Sequence record: SRR31156797_3177
Strand: one strand, 5' to 3'
Length of the DNA stretch: 25,605 nt
Part shown: positions 19,893 to 25,605 of the stretch, piece after piece
How positions within the stretch are numbered: the stretch's first letter is position 1
How the letters are laid out: each line of letters begins with the position of its first letter
The notes under the pieces: model-generated
Told to the model about the DNA's origin: nothing
What the model saw: the letters and a program-made list of their open reading frames with translations, nothing else
Databases searched by the model: none
Made by a program: the position numbers and the translations under genes

Positions 19893-21266
19893 AGAAAGAA
19901 TATGTTGATTAATCACAGTAACGCCACTGAGCATTGCCCCGACAATACCTAAATACCCTTGGTCAGTACCGGCGATAAATAAATTTGGCCAAGGCGTTTT
20001 ACCGTCTTTTATCTTCAGGGGACTCCCATAAATGGCACCTTCTGCCTTCCGGGTAAAACGTTCCACAGTCAGCGGTGTAAAACTATCCTGGTAGACGACA
20101 TTATCACTGTAGGGACCGATAACTTCTTCCGCATTGCTTATCGCAGCCTGGGTCCACTGCTGCTTAAGCTTTTTATATTCAGCAGGCGTTGCAGCTTTCC
20201 AGAGTGCATAATTGGCAGCATTGGTGTTCCTGATCTGAAAACACTCTTCTTTCTCTATCCCTTGGAAATTGTCAGGAAAGCAGATAACCCCCCAAGAAAG
20301 ATCGAGAAATGTCGCCGGTCGCTGATACTGTAACTGCGATTTTTTATTATAAAAAAGGATTGTCGCCGAACTGTCAAGATCCTCTCTTGCCTTTTGATCA
20401 ACCAGGGAAACGGTTTCCATAAAACTCATCCGCCCACCGTATGCCTGCTGCGGTATATCCCAACCGCTGAGCTTTATGGTTTCCGGCATACCTACAGTGG
20501 AAAGTACCGCATCTGCTGTTAAAACCTCGCCATCGGCAAGCCGTATACCTTTAACCGTCCCCATTTCTCTGTGGATTTCTTTCACCAATGCACGGTAACG
20601 GATTTCCCCACCAAAACCTTTAAACTGGTCAAGCAGCATGGTAAGGAATTCTCGAATAGTTCCACCAGGTCGAAAAAAGCCCTCCTCAAAAACAGACCGA
20701 AACATTATCACAAACTGCCCCATGTCCATGTCGTGCTCCTCGGGGTTACCGTATACCATCAACGGCAGCAGTAACATTTCCTCCAACAATGGGTTGCCAA
20801 GAGTTTGTGATAGAAAGCCGCGTGCAGATTTCCATGGTTGCACCGTAAACGGATCATACTCGGCAATCCTTTCTTTTAGGGCAATAAACCTGTCCACACT
20901 ACCTGGGAAAGACCTTGCCACTTCCTGCTCAAGAACCAGGGGATCGTTGGAAAAAAGAAGGGACGCATCGGGGTAGCGTATTTCAGAACCTACCTGCTCA
21001 TGGGTAGCAAATGTTTTTCTAGAAAGTTTGAGTTGGCGGAAAAGGACGTTTAATGGTGCACGCTTATTGCCGGATGCCGCATAGTTGGTCATAGCGTGCA
21101 GCCCGGTTTCCAGTATTTGCCCCTGCCTGAAATAATAGGAATTCAGGCCTCCTGGAATGGTGTGCTGTTCAAGAAGTAATGTCTTGACTCCGAAACGCGC
21201 AGCCCGAATGCCTGCAGCTATTCCAGATAAACCGCCGCCAATGATAATCAGCTGATACTCAGCCAT
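19890..21266 (-). CDS. Phytoene desaturase (CrtI) / retinol-saturase family FAD-dependent oxidoreductase, paralog 1
   Basis: IIGGGLSG, LLLEQHTIPGGL, YFRQGQILETGLH, FTPLTVERFT..GAIYG, NLFIAG..G.LGIVGAMLSG. Start set at ATG 21266 (MAEYQL), just ahead of the Rossmann strand. Confidence 0.85.
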   Translation of the reverse strand: MAEYQLIIIGGGLSGIAAGIRAARFGVKTLLLEQHTIPGGLNSYYFRQGQILETGLHAMTNYAASGNKRAPLNVLFRQLKLSRKTFATHEQVGSEIRYPDASLLFSNDPLVLEQEVARSFPGSVDRFIALKERIAEYDPFTVQPWKSARGFLSQTLGNPLLEEMLLLPLMVYGNPEEHDMDMGQFVIMFRSVFEEGFFRPGGTIREFLTMLLDQFKGFGGEIRYRALVKEIHREMGTVKGIRLADGEVLTADAVLSTVGMPETIKLSGWDIPQQAYGGRMSFMETVSLVDQKAREDLDSSATILFYNKKSQLQYQRPATFLDLSWGVICFPDNFQGIEKEECFQIRNTNAANYALWKAATPAEYKKLKQQWTQAAISNAEEVIGPYSDNVVYQDSFTPLTVERFTRKAEGAIYGSPLKIKDGKTPWPNLFIAGTDQGYLGIVGAMLSGVTVINQHILS

Positions 21267-21339
21267 AGAAAAAAATGGGAAGGAGGGTAAGGGCAGGATT
21301 AACGGGCAGCAATGCCGGCGCAACCCTGCCTGCTCAAGT

Positions 21340-21591
21340 TCAGGCGTCTTTCAGCTTAGGTTCCAAGTAGTTAACACAGCTGGTCAAAGTTGCCAGTTCC
21401 GGATATTCGTCCTCGGGAACCTGCAACTGATACCGCTTTCGCAGTTCCATAACAATATCCAAAAAATCCATTGAGTCTAAATCAAGCTGATCACGTAACG
21501 GCGCATCTGCGTCGAGGTTATCAAATTCTGCTTCTTCGTCAATATCTTCTATTATTTCAAGGATGACATCCTTGATTTCTTCCCGAGTCAT
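21340..21591 (-). CDS. Acyl carrier protein (cluster-specific)
   Basis: 83 aa acidic protein with the phosphopantetheine site LDLDSMDFLDIV. ATG 21591 follows a GGGGATGGAG purine-rich RBS region. Confidence 0.93.
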   Translation of the reverse strand: MTREEIKDVILEIIEDIDEEAEFDNLDADAPLRDQLDLDSMDFLDIVMELRKRYQLQVPEDEYPELATLTSCVNYLEPKLKDA

Positions 21592-21775
21592 ACTCCATCC
21601 CCGTTGGTATTGAAAACTCTTCAAACAGCAGCTATTCAGCCAAGAGTCGTAGTCATAATTTGGAAATCAGCTAAATGGCCAGCGATTAATCTACGATCAT
21701 ACTGACAGCTCTTCCCACCCCCTGCCTATATTAATCAGGCGAGGGACAAAACGGAAAAGCATACCATAAAACACC

Positions 21776-23023
21776 TCAGCCCGCCACAAAACTCTTGACA
21801 ACGACTACTGAATTTATCCCCAGCATGCCAAATGAGTTGTTTAACACAGCATCTACACGAGAAAGTTTTTGCGGTTCACCACTCACCAATCCCTGCATGG
21901 CACAGTCGGGATCCAGCTGGTCAATATTAATGGTCGGGTGCACGTAATTATCGGCAAAAGAAGGAAGGTTGCCGGCAAGCTCAAGTACCCCTGCGGCGCC
22001 CATCGCATGCCCTATGCTAGATTTGGTATTATTGATATAGGTGGATGAGCAGTCGGCAAAAGTCTTTCTGATAGCCGAACATTCCTCTACATCTCCCTGA
22101 CGGGTGCCGGTTGCATGGGTGTTGACAATCGTGACATCACAAGCATTCATCCCTGCACGCTTAAGTGCCATTTCCATGCACTCCTGCTGCCGTGGCCCAT
22201 ACGGCAACACAAAATCCCTGGCATCGGAATTCATGGCATATCCTGCGAGTTCTCCATAAATTTTTGCTCCTCTTTTCAACGCACGGTCCAATCTTTCCAG
22301 GGTAAAGACACATCCCCCTTCTGAAATAACTATCCCGTTCCTCTCCATATCAAAGGGACGACTGGCGCGTACGGGGTCGGGGTGTTCAGCCAAGGCCCCC
22401 TGAGACTTAAAAGAAGCGAAAATACCAAAAGATCCTGTACACTCTGAAATCCCGCCGCAAAGAGCAAAATCAACTTCTCCCAGCCTCAGCATCTGGGCTC
22501 CCTGAATAAGAGCAGCATTCCCAGCTGCACATGCAGCACCAATTGTATAATGGGGACCGGTAATACCAAGATTCATGGTAATCTCACCGGCAGGATTATT
22601 AAGGACGGTTCGCGGGTTATGGTGGTGGGTCCAGTAGTCTACATCATAATCGAACTTGCTTATATTATAGACTTCATTTTCGGTTTCCACCGTCCCGTGC
22701 TCCGTGAGACCGAGATAGACTCCGGTTGCGCTGCGGTCATAGTCATCAAAGGTTATCCCAGAGTCGACCAAAGCCTCATTAGCACAGTACACAGAAATGC
22801 ATCCGGCCCGGCTTCCGCGCTTGTTCTCCTTCTTTTTACGGTACTTTGTCTCATCAAACGTACAAATACCGGCCGGGTGGACCCCCATATACCGAAGATC
22901 CAAAGTTGTTATGCCGCTTTTGCCGGCAAGAAGATTGGCTCTAAACTGGTCGAGCGAAGATGCACCAGGTGCGGCAAGCCCCACTCCGGTGATGACAATA
23001 CGTTGAGAATCAGACTGTTGCAT
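21776..23023 (-). CDS. fabF: beta-ketoacyl-ACP synthase, FabF/FabB-like (divergent)
   Basis: RIVITGVG, catalytic Cys (AACAAG), SRPFD..RNG...EG, His (NTHATGT), KS.IGH, NSFG. Start set at ATG 23023 (MQQSDSQR). The longer ORF-track start runs through the alaS terminator. Confidence 0.88.
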   Translation of the reverse strand: MQQSDSQRIVITGVGLAAPGASSLDQFRANLLAGKSGITTLDLRYMGVHPAGICTFDETKYRKKKENKRGSRAGCISVYCANEALVDSGITFDDYDRSATGVYLGLTEHGTVETENEVYNISKFDYDVDYWTHHHNPRTVLNNPAGEITMNLGITGPHYTIGAACAAGNAALIQGAQMLRLGEVDFALCGGISECTGSFGIFASFKSQGALAEHPDPVRASRPFDMERNGIVISEGGCVFTLERLDRALKRGAKIYGELAGYAMNSDARDFVLPYGPRQQECMEMALKRAGMNACDVTIVNTHATGTRQGDVEECSAIRKTFADCSSTYINNTKSSIGHAMGAAGVLELAGNLPSFADNYVHPTINIDQLDPDCAMQGLVSGEPQKLSRVDAVLNNSFGMLGINSVVVVKSFVAG

Positions 23024-23095
23024 GTGCTTACTATTATTTCGATGCTGCATCACTATCAATAAAAGTGCAGCAGAATCCGAGTTATGGTTTATGCG

Positions 23096-23132
23096 AAAAA
23101 CGCATATACGACCTCGGTCGCATATGCGTTTT
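23096..23132 (-). terminator. Hairpin / probable intrinsic terminator after alaS
   Basis: AAAACGCATAT-a-CGACC-tc-GGTCG-c-ATATGCGTTTT (23097-23132). The single a/c mismatch becomes a G-U pair on the minus-strand RNA, which ends in U5. It lies 45 nt downstream of the alaS stop. Confidence 0.75.
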
Positions 23133-23177
23133 ACAGCGTTTAACAAACAACTAATAATTTAAATAATTAACGGCAGG

Positions 23178-25605
23178 TTACTTGAGCAGCTCCTCAATGA
23201 CAGCAGGCACCGTACTGACTGCCTCATCGAGTTTATCCGGCATACTGCCACCAGCCTGGGCCATGTCTGGTCGCCCACCGCCTTTGCCGCCGACAATAAC
23301 GGCAACTTTATTGACAATATCGCCCGCTTTTATCCTGCCGGTCAAATCTTTACTCACCACAGCGAGCAAAGCCGCTTTCCCACCAAATTCTCCGCCAAGT
23401 ACGGCAATACCAGTCTGCATCTTATCTCTGACCTTATCGCCTATCTCGCGTAATGTTTTGGGGGAATTCAGCTTCACCGTACTGGCAACAACCTGCACCC
23501 CTTTCACGTCGACTGCACTAGCAAGCAGTTGATCCAGGTTGGAAAGTGTCATTGTGGCAGTGACTGCCGCAAGCTCCTTTTCCAGCGCTTTTTGCCGCTT
23601 TTGCAAATTAAGCACCTTTTCTGCAGCTCCCTCCAGTGGACTTCCCACGGTCTTACACAACTCCGTTGCATCCTGTTCAAATCTGTGGAGCCACTCCATG
23701 GCTTGCCTGCTCGTAACAGCCTCAATGCGCCTTACTCCGGCAGCAATACCTGTTTCATGAACCACCTTAAACAGCCCGACATCGCCGGTTGCACCGGCAT
23801 GTGTCCCTCCACAGAGTTCCTTACTGAAATCGCCGATGGTTATCACCCTGACATCATCACCGTATTTTTCACCAAAAAGCGCTGTCGCGCCCCCTTCAAT
23901 GGCTTTTTCCCTGTCAAGGACAGCCGAAGACACAGGGATATTCTGTCGAACTTTAGCATTAACGATTTGCTCTACTTTCACAATTTCTTCAGAGGAGACT
24001 GGAGAGAAATGGGTAAAATCAAAACGTAACCGTTTATCGTCTACCAGTGAACCAGCCTGCTTTACATGTTCCCCCAAGACCTGCTTTAAAGCCGCATGCA
24101 AGAGATGGGTGGATGTATGGTTCGAGGCAATCTCTGCACGACGCTCGGCAACCTGAAGATTAACCTGCTGGCCCTGCTCAAGTGTTCCCTCCACAATCTC
24201 TCCCTGATGAAGGATTATCCCCTCGACAGGCGAAACTGTTTGTGTTACCTGAAAACGGCCTCCCGGCCAGGATATTTCCCCTTGATCACCTACCTGACCG
24301 CCAGATTCGGCATAAAACGGTGTTTGCCTGCAAAAAATCTGCAGCTTTGCGCCAGCTGTCCCGCTTTCAACCAACTCCCCTTCCTGATCAATGATTCCGT
24401 CAACTACAGAATCAGTTGCAATAGAAGAATAACCTGTAAACTCAGCACGCTTTCCCTGGTTCACCAGATTCAGCACGCCTTTATCAAGGTGGTCCACATC
24501 ACAACCCTTCCAGGATTTCCTTGACTGCTCGCGCTGCTGCTCCATTGCTTGGCTAAAACCTGGCTCATCAAATGCTATCCCCCTTTCTATCGCAGCATCG
24601 CGGACAATGTCGACGGGGAATCCATAGGTGTCATACAACTTAAAAATAAAAGCGCCATCTATAATAGCCGAATCTCCAGACTCCGCTTGTAATCGCTGTA
24701 TTTCTTCATCTAGCTTTTGCAGCCCTCTATCCAATGTCATACCAAAACGCTGTTCCTCATTGGCAACAACCTTGCCCAACAAATCCTTCGTGTCATCAAG
24801 GTGTGGATAAGCTTCGACCATTGCCTCTGTAACAAGCGCACAGACTCCTGGAAAAAACGATTCCAAGCCTAATGCCCTTCCGTAGCGGATGGCCCGACGC
24901 ATGATTCGACGTAGGACATACCCTCGGCCTTCATTGGACGGCAGCACGCCGTCACCCACAAGGAAAGTAGTTGCCCGTGCATGGTCTGCAATAACACGCA
25001 GGGATACATCGTCACGATCATTGTCATGGTATTTTTTACCGGCCAAATGGGCAATATGATCAATAATCGAGCTAAAAAGATCGCAGTCAAAATTGTTATA
25101 TTTGCCCTGTAAAACAGCTGTTACTCGCTCAAGTCCCATACCTGTGTCGATAGAAGGACTTGGCAACGGTGTCATTTTACCGTTCTCGTCTCTGTAGAAC
25201 TGCATAAAAACCAGGTTCCATAACTCCAGGAAACGGTCACAATCACAGCCCAGCTTACAATCAGGACGGCCGCACCCAGCCTTTACGCCCTGGTCTATAT
25301 GAATTTCAGAACAGGGGCCGCACGGTCCGGTATCGCCCATGGCCCAGAAATTCTCTTCTTCACCCATGCGTACAATTCTTCCCGGCGGCAGCTCTTTGAC
25401 CTGCTTCCACAGTTCGTCGGCCTCATCATCGTCATCATAGATGGAAACCCATAACTGCTGTGGGTTCAGACCCAGCTCAACAGTCAAAAAATCCCAAGCA
25501 TAGGCAATGGCTTCCTTTTTGAAATAATTACCAAACGAAAAGTTGCCTAACATTTCGAAAAAGGTATGGTGACGGGCTGTATATCCTACATTTTCAAGGT
25601 CATTA
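23178..25605 (-). CDS. alaS: Alanine--tRNA ligase (5' end outside the window)
   Basis: The frame stays open to the window edge (NDLENVGYTARHHTFFEMLGNFSFG). Also GPCGPCSE, IDTGMGLER, YDTYGFP, editing-domain HTSTH and ELCGGTH, and GGKGGGRPDMAQAGG. Confidence 0.98.
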   Translation of the reverse strand, partial: NDLENVGYTARHHTFFEMLGNFSFGNYFKKEAIAYAWDFLTVELGLNPQQLWVSIYDDDDEADELWKQVKELPPGRIVRMGEEENFWAMGDTGPCGPCSEIHIDQGVKAGCGRPDCKLGCDCDRFLELWNLVFMQFYRDENGKMTPLPSPSIDTGMGLERVTAVLQGKYNNFDCDLFSSIIDHIAHLAGKKYHDNDRDDVSLRVIADHARATTFLVGDGVLPSNEGRGYVLRRIMRRAIRYGRALGLESFFPGVCALVTEAMVEAYPHLDDTKDLLGKVVANEEQRFGMTLDRGLQKLDEEIQRLQAESGDSAIIDGAFIFKLYDTYGFPVDIVRDAAIERGIAFDEPGFSQAMEQQREQSRKSWKGCDVDHLDKGVLNLVNQGKRAEFTGYSSIATDSVVDGIIDQEGELVESGTAGAKLQIFCRQTPFYAESGGQVGDQGEISWPGGRFQVTQTVSPVEGIILHQGEIVEGTLEQGQQVNLQVAERRAEIASNHTSTHLLHAALKQVLGEHVKQAGSLVDDKRLRFDFTHFSPVSSEEIVKVEQIVNAKVRQNIPVSSAVLDREKAIEGGATALFGEKYGDDVRVITIGDFSKELCGGTHAGATGDVGLFKVVHETGIAAGVRRIEAVTSRQAMEWLHRFEQDATELCKTVGSPLEGAAEKVLNLQKRQKALEKELAAVTATMTLSNLDQLLASAVDVKGVQVVASTVKLNSPKTLREIGDKVRDKMQTGIAVLGGEFGGKAALLAVVSKDLTGRIKAGDIVNKVAVIVGGKGGGRPDMAQAGGSMPDKLDEAVSTVPAVIEELLK

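Noticed and set aside
19722-19952. 76 aa plus-strand ORF in the inter-crtI gap
   Set aside because: It coincides with the MITE-like segment, overlaps a real gene antisense, and lacks an SD and motifs.
18284-21266. Carotenoid biosynthesis interpretation of the crtI-like genes
   Set aside because: No phytoene synthase, prenyltransferase or cyclase in the window, and the genes are embedded among ACP/FAS genes.
11301-23023. Calling the cluster a ladderane or aryl-polyene pathway
   Set aside because: No radical SAM or methyltransferase genes, no chain-length factor and no aryl-loading or glycosyltransferase genes. The complete oleABCD set points to olefins.
23024-23146. 41-residue N-terminal extension of the ketosynthase from the ORF track, and similar extensions on atpD, oleC, acp and crtI-like paralog 1
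   Set aside because: The fabF extension runs through the alaS terminator hairpin. In each case family homology or SD position favours the downstream ATG.

Overview
Chromosomal window from an anaerobic Desulfobacterota-type bacterium. The lineage, probably Desulfobulbales, is inferred from gene organisation and protein style, not from a database search. The plus strand carries mutS and a TPR-AMIN-Amidase_3 peptidoglycan amidase. The minus strand, read right to left, carries a 5'-truncated alaS with its terminator, an approximately 11.7 kb lipid/hydrocarbon cluster, and a split F1Fo operon (atpF', atpF, atpH, atpA, atpG, atpD, atpC, with no atpB/atpE) ending in a strong terminator. The cluster reads: divergent FabF-type ketosynthase, ACP, two CrtI/phytoene-desaturase-family flavoproteins, FabG, FabZ, FabI, DUF1232, oleA, oleB, oleC, oleD. 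It is the main object of interest, because it looks like a dedicated type II FAS with two flavin oxidoreductases feeding head-to-head olefin synthesis, i.e. a candidate pfa-independent, O2-independent route to polyunsaturated long-chain hydrocarbons. Secondary signals are a V-ATPase-like cysteine in the F1 beta P-loop, a b subunit with a signal-peptide-like and His-rich extension, a degenerate MITE-like element that supplies a stop codon, and a shared GGTA-N4-TACC palindrome in two promoter regions.
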